Below the pieces are notes generated by a model. It saw only the letters and a list, made by a program, of their open reading frames with translations. It ran no database searches and had not been told where the DNA came from. From sequence record PZ534515.1: a DNA stretch of 64,000 bases; one strand, 5' to 3'. Every line of letters begins with the position of its first letter. The first letter of the stretch is position 1. The stretch comes from a phage. The translations under genes and the position numbers were made by a program. This document shows positions 37,286-45,342 of the stretch, one piece after another.

Positions 37286-37867
37286 TCAAGAGTATTTTTT
37301 AGGCAGTAATGCGCTGCGCTTGTTGCTCTCTTCACTCAATAGTGCGATAAATTCATCACCTTTCCCTTTCCACGGGCTGAATGAAGGGATATGCTCACGA
37401 ATGGCTTCAATCACTGTCTTCAGTGCTGTATTTTTCATCCACCAGTCAGAATCTGCTGATGCTACAACATAGTACCCGCCATCATCGGTCAGAATTGGCT
37501 CTGAGATACACGGTGAAATCAGAGTGGTGATAATTGAACCGTTGTTCATATAGTATGTGCGCTTCATAACCTTTTCAAGAAGCTTGTGAAGGTCACCAAA
37601 CAGTGTTACAAGTTCTTTATGGTCAATGTCTTTTTCGAGATTAGCTCGATACTTCAAAAGTGCAGCATCAACTTCTCTGTCATTAAACTTGAAGTACTGG
37701 ACTTCATCAACAAGGCAGACACTAATGTTATTAACATTCATAGTCAACTTGCAAACTTTTGCAGGGGAATTGATACTTGGTTGAAAAAGTGCAACACACC
37801 CTTCAATGTTTCCAAAATGTTGGACTAATGTTACTTGTGGGATAATATCCTGTTGCTCTTCGGACAT
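37286..37867 (-). CDS. hypothetical protein
   Basis: ATG start. Confidence 0.45.
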   Translation of the reverse strand: MSEEQQDIIPQVTLVQHFGNIEGCVALFQPSINSPAKVCKLTMNVNNISVCLVDEVQYFKFNDREVDAALLKYRANLEKDIDHKELVTLFGDLHKLLEKVMKRTYYMNNGSIITTLISPCISEPILTDDGGYYVVASADSDWWMKNTALKTVIEAIREHIPSFSPWKGKGDEFIALLSEESNKRSALLPKKYS

Positions 37868-38211
37868 TACAGTTTCCTCATTAAATACTTTTTAAGTTGT
37901 GTGTTAGGTTTCTCAAAAACTTCTATAGAAGATATCTTGACAGATTCACCACGCATACCTGTATGCTTGAATATGTAGTACTCTAACATCCCTATATACT
38001 TTGCTGGTAAGTCATGTTTGACATACACCGTTACAGAATCTTCAAATTCAACAACCTTTGTACCATCTTTGTAGTTGAACTCTTTAGGATGGTTATAGTT
38101 GTCAATGTCATACATTAAAAAGAGTCTTTTCCGTTGCATGTCAAGCTTATTGGTTAAAGACTCTTTGATATCTGAGAAGTTTTTATAGACCGTTACGTGG
38201 AGCTTACTCAT
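37867..38211 (-). CDS. hypothetical protein
   Basis: Start overlaps the upstream stop. Confidence 0.45.
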   Translation of the reverse strand: MSKLHVTVYKNFSDIKESLTNKLDMQRKRLFLMYDIDNYNHPKEFNYKDGTKVVEFEDSVTVYVKHDLPAKYIGMLEYYIFKHTGMRGESVKISSIEVFEKPNTQLKKYLMRKL

Positions 38212-38497
38212 CGTTAAACTCTCTGACGAAGAAATAGTTGACTTTATTGTTACCTACCATAAGGTCAAAGCAGGTGTTCTCAAAAGGTTTGTTGTAGGCA
38301 TCATATGAAGTGTACGTATCAGCTACTTGTTTAGTATTGAGCTTTTTACTTGATGGGTTTAAGAGGCCACCATACAGTTTCTTGATAGCCTCTTCTACAA
38401 CAGACCAGATAATTTCGTCAGTAATTTCTTCGTACAGGTCAAGTTCACGCTCTAGTGAGAAGTCACAAATAGGGAAAATAACCTGTACTTTACTCAT
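38204..38497 (-). CDS. hypothetical protein
   Basis: Start overlaps the upstream stop. Confidence 0.45.
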   Translation of the reverse strand: MSKVQVIFPICDFSLERELDLYEEITDEIIWSVVEEAIKKLYGGLLNPSSKKLNTKQVADTYTSYDAYNKPFENTCFDLMVGNNKVNYFFVREFNDE

Positions 38498-38916
38498 TAA
38501 CGAATAACCTGTGTGACTTGAATTGCTTCAGTTACTGATAAGTCCCCAACAGTCTCTTCTTTGATGAAGGTGAAGGTTAGCTCAATAGGTTCTTGCTCTT
38601 CTTCTTCTTCTTCTTCTTCTTCTTGCTCAACTGGAACACCGTTAAGCTCATCAAAGATTGATTGAGTCGTCCAGTCTTCACCACCATCTGGGTAGTGGAT
38701 TGCGTAAAGAGGGAACTCCCTGTCAAACCAACCAAATACAGGGCAGCCATCTTCATCATCTCGCACTCGATGAAGGGTGCTTCCAGACCCTGTAAAACAA
38801 AGGAATAAATCTCCGTTGCACTTGAATATTACTGCGTCGGCAAAACCAATGTCCTCTCGACCATCATGGCCAAACGTGTCCACCTTTACTTGAATACTTC
38901 TAACATCTTTATTCAT
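38497..38916 (-). CDS. hypothetical protein with poly-Glu tract
   Basis: Contains EQEEEEEEEEEQE encoded by a CTT/GAA trinucleotide run. Confidence 0.45.
   Translation of the reverse strand: MNKDVRSIQVKVDTFGHDGREDIGFADAVIFKCNGDLFLCFTGSGSTLHRVRDDEDGCPVFGWFDREFPLYAIHYPDGGEDWTTQSIFDELNGVPVEQEEEEEEEEEQEPIELTFTFIKEETVGDLSVTEAIQVTQVIR
38598..38624 (-). repeat. (CTT)9 trinucleotide repeat (GAA on the coding strand) encoding poly-Glu
   Basis: cttcttcttcttcttcttcttcttctt read directly. Confidence 0.8.
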
Positions 38917-39307
38917 AAAAACCTCTCTCTGCTTGTTCGATTTTTGCTCTTAAAGTTTCGCAATGCTGCAAATGGTAGTTAGCTTCTTGTTCATGTGTTG
39001 CTAACTGCCTTTCCAGAACAGTTTTATAGTAACCTGCAAGTTGCTCTTTTGTCAATGGGTGCTCTGAAATAATATCAAGTCCACTTTCACCAAGAGGATT
39101 GAATTGTCCATGTTCATTGACATTGTAAGTCTCAAACTTGAACAGGCCATTGTTCACAGACTCAATAGGTGACAGTTCAACAAGCTCTACAGTAAACCGT
39201 GTATACACCTTGTCGCCTCTTGAAACCACATTGTTTCCGACAATGCGTACAAGCGAACCATTACGTGTGTACTTAAAAGTTCCAAAGTCACTAGCCCAAA
39301 GCTTCAT
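38909..39307 (-). CDS. hypothetical protein
   Basis: ATG start; followed on the minus strand by a hairpin. Confidence 0.45.
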   Translation of the reverse strand: MKLWASDFGTFKYTRNGSLVRIVGNNVVSRGDKVYTRFTVELVELSPIESVNNGLFKFETYNVNEHGQFNPLGESGLDIISEHPLTKEQLAGYYKTVLERQLATHEQEANYHLQHCETLRAKIEQAERGFYE

Positions 39308-39357
39308 AGTTTTCTCCTTAGAAAATAAAAAGGCTCCCGAAGGAGCCTATGAAGATA

Positions 39358-39822
39358 TTACTTTGGATATACACTGTCAAGGTAAATGTCAGCTTCCATT
39401 CTACGTCTGTTTTTCAGACCGTTTGAAGTGACCTTCTGACCTTTGACTGTAACCTTGTTCCACCACTGCATAGCTTCTGCACAACCTACCTTGTTACCAG
39501 CATTGTGGCGCTTGATAAATGTAGAATCCTGCATAGCTGTGATACCGATGTTGTATGTTTCACTTACAAGTGCATCGAACTCATTCTGAGAAGTTGGAAC
39601 CTTGATAGCTTTATTCACTGCTGCAACAAACTTCTCAACATCCGCGAGAAGATACTGTTCAGCTTGTTCAGCAGTGATTTTCATACCCATCTTAACAGGT
39701 TTTCCGTCAATACGGATTGTACCATACCCAATTGTTGGGATTCCGGCAGAGTCTTCGTAAGCCTCTAACTTCAGACCTTCAAAGAACTTAATGGCTTCTA
39801 AACCTTTTCTTGAGAGTTGCAT
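39358..39822 (-). CDS. GH24 lysozyme (T4-lysozyme / lambda R type), likely endolysin
   Basis: LEAIKFFEGLKLEAYEDSAGIPTIGYGT matches the catalytic E ... D ... T(I)GYG signature of phage GH24 lysozymes. 154 aa. Confidence 0.8.
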   Translation of the reverse strand: MQLSRKGLEAIKFFEGLKLEAYEDSAGIPTIGYGTIRIDGKPVKMGMKITAEQAEQYLLADVEKFVAAVNKAIKVPTSQNEFDALVSETYNIGITAMQDSTFIKRHNAGNKVGCAEAMQWWNKVTVKGQKVTSNGLKNRRRMEADIYLDSVYPK

Positions 39823-40955
39823 TATGCCTCCCCTGCTGGGTTAACTGTAACTGTTGCCGCATTAGACGTTACAGAGCCACCTGCACCAGTAACTACACAG
39901 GTGTAGCTTCCTGCATCAGCAGTGGTTGCACCTTCTTTGGTGTAAGTTGCAGCAGTTGCGTCTAGGATGTTTTCCTCACCCTTCTTCCACTGATAACCTG
40001 TTGCACCTGTTGCCACAACATTCAGTGTTAAGGTCTCACCTTCAGTGATTTCTTGATTGGCTGGCTGTTGAGTGATAACTGGCAAAGCATTTACCGTGAT
40101 TGTTGCAGGACTAGAAGTAACGGAACCACCAGCACCTGTCACAACGCAAGTATATGAACCTGCATCTGCTGGAAGTGCACCAGATTTGCTATAGGTAGCA
40201 TTTGTAGCTGAAGGGATGTCAGAGCCATCTTTCTTCCACTGATAACCTGTTGCACCTGTTGCAGTAACTGATAAGTTGATGTTTCCACCTTCATTAATGG
40301 TCTGGCTAGAAGGTTGCTGAGTAATCACTGGCAAGGCGTTCACAGTTACTGTTGCTGCATCTGAGGTGACACTTGTCCCACCCTCTCCAGATACAACACA
40401 AGTGTATGAACCAGCGTCAGCAGGTACTACAGATTGTTTTGTATAAGTTGCAGAAGTGGCACTAGAGATATTCTCACCATCCTTCTTCCATTGATAACCA
40501 GTGGCATTAGTTGCAAGAATACTTAGGTTAAGTGTGCCACCCTCATTAACTGTTTGGTTTGTCGGTTGCTGAGTAATTACTGGTGGCTTAATAGCATCCT
40601 TCAGCTTAGCATTCAGCATTGAGAACGGCTTAACTCTTGCCAACCATTCACAATACACTGTGTCAACATCTTTACCATTGATGATTGCATACTGTAAATC
40701 CATGAAGAAATCAGCAGTTCTCATCTGTGCACCAACACTGTAAAGAAGTTCATCACTAAAAGGAACTTTGTAGTCTGGTTTGTAGTCAAACTTCTCAACC
40801 TCTGCAATATCAGCTTCAGGCCAATATGAGCTATAGGTGAGTGGTAAAATAGCTTCTTGATATGTTCTAAAATCATATCTCTTACCAGCCTTTACATTTG
40901 CAACGAAACCTTTTACAAATTCTTTGAAGTCTGGGTAAGTCTTTGCTTTAATCAT
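39822..40955 (-). CDS. protein with N-terminal domain plus three tandem Ig-like repeats
   Basis: Three repeats of about 85 aa (PVITQQP.NQ..NEGG.NLS..AT.ATGYQWKKDG ... ADAGSYTCVV.G.GGSVTS..AT.TVNA). The N-terminal 125 aa are paralogous to the adjacent 123-aa ORF. Confidence 0.55.
   Translation of the reverse strand: MIKAKTYPDFKEFVKGFVANVKAGKRYDFRTYQEAILPLTYSSYWPEADIAEVEKFDYKPDYKVPFSDELLYSVGAQMRTADFFMDLQYAIINGKDVDTVYCEWLARVKPFSMLNAKLKDAIKPPVITQQPTNQTVNEGGTLNLSILATNATGYQWKKDGENISSATSATYTKQSVVPADAGSYTCVVSGEGGTSVTSDAATVTVNALPVITQQPSSQTINEGGNINLSVTATGATGYQWKKDGSDIPSATNATYSKSGALPADAGSYTCVVTGAGGSVTSSPATITVNALPVITQQPANQEITEGETLTLNVVATGATGYQWKKGEENILDATAATYTKEGATTADAGSYTCVVTGAGGSVTSNAATVTVNPAGEA
39850..40610 (-). 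repeat. three tandem repeats of about 255 bp (encode the Ig-like repeats)
   Basis: Near-identical stretches such as ttcttccactgataacctgttgcacctgttgc recur three times at about 255 bp spacing. Confidence 0.6.
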
Positions 40956-41323
40956 TTCTTTTTAGCCTCTAAACGTGCGTTTAATCTAAAATAGCCTTTA
41001 TGTTGTGGAGATACATCACCAACAACAATACCTTCAACCTTATAACCCTTACCAATTACATACTGGATATCCATAAGAAATGTACCAAGCCCAACAATGT
41101 GGAACATTGGGTACAATAACTTATCTGAATCTGGGAGATTAATATCTGGGATGTAGGTAGGTTGTTTACTAGTGGGTGTGATATCTTCTTCAGGCCATTT
41201 GCTAAGTCTCCATGTTAAAGGTGATGCAATAACATCTTTAAGATTATATCTATCACCTTTCTCCACGGAATTGATATAGGATTGTAGGAAGCAATAAAAG
41301 TCTTTTGCACTCTTAGCCTTCAT
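40952..41323 (-). CDS. hypothetical protein, paralog of the N-terminal domain of the Ig-repeat protein
   Basis: Alignment by eye with 39822-40955: shared DF..F, RY, WPE.DI, Y.PD, SD.LLY, F.MD.QY.I, LNA.L. Confidence 0.5.
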   Translation of the reverse strand: MKAKSAKDFYCFLQSYINSVEKGDRYNLKDVIASPLTWRLSKWPEEDITPTSKQPTYIPDINLPDSDKLLYPMFHIVGLGTFLMDIQYVIGKGYKVEGIVVGDVSPQHKGYFRLNARLEAKKK

Positions 41324-41370
41324 TAAATATCCTTATAAATAGATAAAGGGGCATTAGCCCCTGTTTATAC

Positions 41371-41961
41371 TTAAGCTTTGGTCTTAAGTAGGTTCTTAAG
41401 TTTTTTGAGATTCATGTTCTCGTCAAACTTAAAACCAAATCCATTGACATAATCAATGAACTCGGATTTCTTACTAAGTGATAGCGCGTAACTCATATCA
41501 AAGTTATTACTTGTTTCTGCGTCTGGACTAGAGTTCACATCAAATGAGATTTCTGTAGGCTCCTGCTTACTACTTCTCATATTATCAATCAATAGGCATG
41601 TATAGTTTGCCGGATAGAAGTTTGCACTACCGTCAACATACCCGTACTTATTATTGTGAATAAGGTTGGAAAATACCTTAAGAAATGTTTCTGAGTCGTG
41701 GCATACAAGTTTAAATTGACTGCACTCTCCAAGAGCCACTAAAGAATAAGGGCTTTCACTATCAATGTCGTAGTTTGGATTTGATGTTGTAACCGTCACA
41801 CGCATCAAGTTATTAGCAATAGTCTTCTGCTTGAAAGAATTTGGGACATAGTGAAGACCTCTATCACACTGATTAACTAGCTCTTTCAATAGGTCATTTG
41901 CATACGGTGAATTAATTGATACAGAGCCATCACTATTGTAATTAAAACTTACTGTTAACAT
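41371..41961 (-). CDS. hypothetical protein
   Basis: ATG start. Confidence 0.45.
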   Translation of the reverse strand: MLTVSFNYNSDGSVSINSPYANDLLKELVNQCDRGLHYVPNSFKQKTIANNLMRVTVTTSNPNYDIDSESPYSLVALGECSQFKLVCHDSETFLKVFSNLIHNNKYGYVDGSANFYPANYTCLLIDNMRSSKQEPTEISFDVNSSPDAETSNNFDMSYALSLSKKSEFIDYVNGFGFKFDENMNLKKLKNLLKTKA

Positions 41962-42188
41962 TTTTCAGTTCTCCTGCGATTTATGATTTTGCTGCAATAG
42001 AGAAACGAAGTAAACTCACTGGAAGAAACCATCAAGTGCTGTTCACTAGATTGAGCCATTGCCCTGAAATACATTCCAGTCAAAGCATCGTAGTGACTAT
42101 TCTTTCCAATTGAGGTTATATAGCCATGACTCTTTGCAGTTTGATATAAATCTATAATATCTGCGATTTCTAATTGGGAACTACACAT
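41955..42188 (-). CDS. hypothetical protein
   Basis: Start overlaps the upstream stop. Confidence 0.4.
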   Translation of the reverse strand: MCSSQLEIADIIDLYQTAKSHGYITSIGKNSHYDALTGMYFRAMAQSSEQHLMVSSSEFTSFLYCSKIINRRRTEKC

Positions 42189-42352
42189 AGATAATCCTCT
42201 TGTCTTCTGTAATTTTGAAAGAACAGGTACAGACCAATTTCAGAGGATGAATAGTAGAGTAACTCTACCCTTTTTGATTCCTTACAGTGATTGGTATTTT
42301 TACCTTTCTTCGGGTTGTTTGATTTTCTCATTAAGTCTCCTTTGTAGAACAA
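42170..42352 (-). CDS. hypothetical small basic protein
   Basis: First gene of the minus-strand block after the divergent region; exactly 60 aa. Confidence 0.3.
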   Translation of the reverse strand: MFYKGDLMRKSNNPKKGKNTNHCKESKRVELLYYSSSEIGLYLFFQNYRRQEDYLCVVPN

Positions 42353-42512
42353 GGCAGACCTACAGCTTTAAGTAAGATGGTACAGTAATCCATACAACAA
42401 GTCAAGAACTATTGCAAGTTAAAAAAGTTGTTGACAAAGGACTTGACAAGGTGTAGTATTATAAATACTTAGAAGATAACTTAAAAGGTTCCTCTAAAAA
42501 GGCTATTTAAAC

Positions 42513-42533
42513 AGATATCTTTCTGGATATCTA
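42513..42533 (+). promoter_or_regulatory. palindrome agatatc-N6-gatatct in divergent control region (operator candidate)
   Basis: 7-bp perfect inverted repeat between the minus-strand and plus-strand gene blocks. Confidence 0.35.
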
Positions 42534-42580
42534 TCTTTTATCTTAAAAGCCTTTTAAGAGGTCTTATAAGAGGCATACCA

Positions 42581-42952
42581 ATGAAAAACAGAACAAACAA
42601 AGGCCAGTTTAAAAAAGGCCAGTCTGGAAACCCATCTGGAAGACCAAAAGGCTCTCGTAACAAAAGCTCACTCGTAAAAGCTCAACTGACCATTGATAAT
42701 TCTGCTGAGTTCGCTGCAAAGCTGTTTGAGGCGATTGTTACAAGGGACGCTGCTAAGCTTGCAGAGTTCGGGTTAAACACAGATGACGTAACCATCAAGA
42801 GCATGATTGAGGTCGGTAAAACTATCTTTACTCACTCAGCAGGTGAGATGAAAGCACTTGCAGCAGACACTAAGAAGACTCCTGATAATGGTGGTCAACA
42901 ACAGACAGATAACAAACCAACGTTCTCTGCTGTAGCGACTCTCAAAAAATAA
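42581..42952 (+). CDS. hypothetical protein with basic N-terminal GQSGNPSGRPKGS motif
   Basis: ATG start. The motif may correspond to a phage DUF family; I cannot name it reliably. Confidence 0.45.
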   Translation: MKNRTNKGQFKKGQSGNPSGRPKGSRNKSSLVKAQLTIDNSAEFAAKLFEAIVTRDAAKLAEFGLNTDDVTIKSMIEVGKTIFTHSAGEMKALAADTKKTPDNGGQQQTDNKPTFSAVATLKK

Positions 42953-42964
42953 TTTTAAAAGGTG

Positions 42965-42996
42965 TTGACAGACTCTACAAAGTTGCTCTAAAGTCT
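42965..42996 (+). promoter_or_regulatory. putative promoter overlapped by a 9-bp perfect inverted repeat (TGACAGACT-N17-AGTCTGTCA)
   Basis: TTGACA at 42965; palindrome arms at 42966-42974 and 42992-43000. Upstream of the vWA-domain gene. Confidence 0.4.
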
Positions 42997-43033
42997 GTCA
43001 CATCAAACAACAAATGAGAGAAGCGAGTAAAAT

Positions 43034-44449
43034 ATGAGCGAGTTATTTAAACATGCGCACCTTCATGCAGGTCGAACTGAAAATGGTGCTGTAAACCATA
43101 CTTCATCAATGTCTGCTCTGGTAGACTTCTACAAAGCCGCTGGCTCAAGCCGTAGCAATGTAGAAATCTTACCAGACCTGTTCTACAAAGCTTTGCGTGA
43201 GGATGTTGATGTTGCAGTTCGTATTTTACTGCATATGCGAGATGTGCGAGAAGGTATGGGTGAGCGTAAAGCTTTCCGAACTGTTTTACTTCAAGCAATT
43301 GAAGATAAAGTTTTAGAACCTACACAGGTTCTCCGCATTATGGATAAGATTGCAGAACTTGGTCGTTTTGATGACTTCAAAATCTTTGTAGGTACTCGTT
43401 TTGAGACAGACGCCTTCAAACATTTAGAAGCAGCATTACTAGACCCTGCAACAGCAGGTTTAGCAGCTAAGTGGTTACCACGAGTAAAACCACGCCACAA
43501 ACAGTTTGTAAAACGTTTCTGTAAGTTTGCAAACTTAAGCGAGAAAGAGTACCGCACACTGTTATCTGCACTGTCTGATACGGTTGAGCAAAAAATCTCT
43601 GCTAATGAGTTTGGTAAGATTGACTACAGCAAGATTCCTTCACTCGCTGCTGCACGTTACCAAAAGCTCTTTAACCGTAAAGATGGGGAACGTTACAAAG
43701 CTTACATCGAGTCACTATCAAAGGGTGAGGCTAAGATTAACGCTGGTGCTGTTTACCCATATGATGTGATTAAATCTATCAAGCATGGTAATGCAGATGT
43801 TGCTAATGAGCAGTGGAAAGCACTACCAAACTGGATGGCAGAAGGTGAGAACATCTTGTGTATGACTGATGTTTCAAGCTCAATGTCTTGGGTGAATCTT
43901 GGTTCAATCACTGCCCTTGATATTGGTGTATCACTTGCCTTGTATGTAGCAGAACGCAATACAGGCTGCTTTAAGAATGAGTTAATGGTTTATTCAACAA
44001 ACCCTCACTTCATTGAACTGAGTGGCGATTTACAAAACCGTCATCGTCAGGTGATGCGTCATGTTGAATATGGTTCAACTAACTTACAAGCAGCTTTTGA
44101 CCGTATTCTTGAAATAGGTAAGAGAAACAACTTGACTCAGAAAGATATGCCAAGTAAGCTTATCATCTTCTCCGATATGGAGTTCAATCAGGTTGATGGA
44201 GCTAACGGTCGTACAAACTTTGAAGCAATTCAGAGTAAGTGCAAAAAAGCTGGATACGAAATGCCACAACTGGTATTCTGGTACTTAGCAAACCGTAATG
44301 GTACTTGCGAAGTATCTGTTAAGGATAATGGTGTAGCAATGGTATCAGGGTTCTCTCCAGCCACTTTAAAAGCTCTGCTTGGTGGTGAGAAGTTTGACCC
44401 AATCAGCGTAATGCTCAAAGCAGTAATGATTGACCGTTACATCTGGTAA
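43034..44449 (+). CDS. vWA-domain protein (MIDAS motif), possibly TROVE/Ro60-like
   Basis: ILCMTDVSSSMS fits the vWA MIDAS D-x-S-x-S motif. Alpha-helical N-terminal half. Located immediately upstream of the tRNA bank. Confidence 0.45.
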   Translation: MSELFKHAHLHAGRTENGAVNHTSSMSALVDFYKAAGSSRSNVEILPDLFYKALREDVDVAVRILLHMRDVREGMGERKAFRTVLLQAIEDKVLEPTQVLRIMDKIAELGRFDDFKIFVGTRFETDAFKHLEAALLDPATAGLAAKWLPRVKPRHKQFVKRFCKFANLSEKEYRTLLSALSDTVEQKISANEFGKIDYSKIPSLAAARYQKLFNRKDGERYKAYIESLSKGEAKINAGAVYPYDVIKSIKHGNADVANEQWKALPNWMAEGENILCMTDVSSSMSWVNLGSITALDIGVSLALYVAERNTGCFKNELMVYSTNPHFIELSGDLQNRHRQVMRHVEYGSTNLQAAFDRILEIGKRNNLTQKDMPSKLIIFSDMEFNQVDGANGRTNFEAIQSKCKKAGYEMPQLVFWYLANRNGTCEVSVKDNGVAMVSGFSPATLKALLGGEKFDPISVMLKAVMIDRYIW

Positions 44450-44467
44450 AAAGTTTCAAAAAGGGTA

Positions 44468-44496
44468 TTGACAATGTGTTTGATACCCTTTAATAT
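44468..44496 (+). promoter_or_regulatory. sigma70-like promoter (TTGACA-17 bp-TAATAT) flanked by an inverted repeat
   Basis: Hexamers read from sequence; aagggtat / ataccctt inverted repeat brackets the -35 and spacer. Upstream of the first tRNA. Confidence 0.55.
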
Positions 44497-44559
44497 GTTC
44501 TACATAGAAACGAAATGAGAGCTTTTCTAAGATACTGAAAAAATATTTTAAAAAAGTTC

Positions 44560-44589
44560 TTGACAACCACTAAAAAATAATGTTAAAGT
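44560..44589 (+). promoter_or_regulatory. second putative promoter upstream of the tRNA bank (TTGACA-17 bp-TAAAGT)
   Basis: Weaker -10; accact / agtggt inverted repeat. Confidence 0.35.
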
Positions 44590-44615
44590 GGTTACATAGA
44601 GTTTGAAAAATTTAT

Positions 44616-44692
44616 CTCTGTTTAGCTCAGCTTGGTAGAGCGTTCCGTTTGGGGCGGTAAGGCCGGAGGTTCAAGTCCTCCAACAGAGACCA
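44616..44692 (+). tRNA. tRNA-Pro (anticodon TGG), CCA encoded
   Basis: Hand-folded: acceptor ctctgtt/aacagag, D-arm gctcagcttggtagagc, anticodon loop ttTGGgg, T-arm ggagg-ttcaagt-cctcc. Confidence 0.7.
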
Positions 44693-44699
44693 AATTAAT

Positions 44700-44777
44700 G
44701 TTCCAGTAGACAAAATGGTAAAGTCACCACTCTTTCAAAGTGGATATTTGAGGGTTCAAATCCCTTCTGGAACGCCA
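44700..44777 (+). tRNA. tRNA-Glu (anticodon TTC), CCA encoded
   Basis: Acceptor gttccag/ctggaac, anticodon stem ccact/agtgg with loop ctTTCaa, T-loop ttcaaat. Confidence 0.7.
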
Positions 44778-44868
44778 GTTTTGACAGAAGACCAATTACA
44801 GCAAACTTAATCTTATTCATCTGAAGATAAATCGGACAAAGAAGAGATTTGGTCTGGTCATTAAGAAT

Positions 44869-44945
44869 TGCGGGTATAGAGAAAGGGCGTCTCACATGTC
44901 TCATTAGCATGGTATCGGCAGGTTCGACTCCTGCACCCGCCTCCA
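44869..44945 (+). tRNA. tRNA with anticodon CAT (Met/fMet or Ile-lysidine); 1:72 position unpaired
   Basis: T-arm gcagg-ttcgact-cctgc; acceptor tgcgggt/acccgcc with first-pair mismatch; anticodon loop ctCATta. Atypical features, so lower confidence. Confidence 0.45.
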
Positions 44946-45022
44946 ATTTTGCAGAAGACCGTATTCAGCAACAAACTACTTTTTGCGGATAAAAGAAAAA
45001 ACACGGTCTGGCAATGTATTAA

Positions 45023-45099
45023 GGTTAGGAAGCACATAAGGTATGTGCGGTCGCCTGTTAAGCGAATGGCACAGGGTTCGAATCCCTGACTAACCGCCA
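45023..45099 (+). tRNA. tRNA-Asn (anticodon GTT), CCA encoded
   Basis: D-arm gcac-ataaggtat-gtgc, anticodon loop ctGTTaa, T-arm caggg-ttcgaat-ccctg. Confidence 0.65.
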
Positions 45100-45170
45100 A
45101 ATTTAGGGGAGAAGCGATTGCTCACCGATTTGTAAGGTGCAAGTCCTTAGCCTGAATAGAATAATAAAAT

Positions 45171-45258
45171 GTGTCGTTATCCCGTAGATGGTAGCGGTGG
45201 GGACTGTAAATCCCTTGTCATTGAGACTCGGTAGGTTCGACTCCTACACGGCACACCA
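45171..45258 (+). tRNA. tRNA-Tyr (anticodon GTA), long variable arm, CCA encoded
   Basis: About 85 nt. Acceptor gtgtcgt/acggcac (one GU), anticodon loop ctGTAaa, T-arm gtagg-ttcgact-cctac. Confidence 0.65.
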
Positions 45259-45264
45259 AATAAA

Positions 45265-45342
45265 GGTTATGTAGTTTAATCTGGTTAAAATACTCCCCTG
45301 TCACGGGAGATGATGAGGGTTCAAATCCCTTCGTAACCGCCA
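45265..45342 (+). tRNA. tRNA-Asp (anticodon GTC), CCA encoded
   Basis: Acceptor ggttatg/cgtaacc, anticodon stem ctccc/gggag with loop ctGTCac, T-loop ttcaaat. Confidence 0.7.

Noticed and set aside
42431-42465. Tandem TTGACA boxes followed by tattataaat as a canonical promoter in the divergent region
   Set aside because: Spacing from either -35 box to the best -10 is 8, 11, 20 or 23 bp, not 16-18 bp, so no confident call was made.
45097-45170. Possible additional tRNA (T-arm-like taagg-tgcaagt-cctta)
   Set aside because: No complementary acceptor strands or anticodon arm could be folded. It may be a remnant or spacer hairpin.
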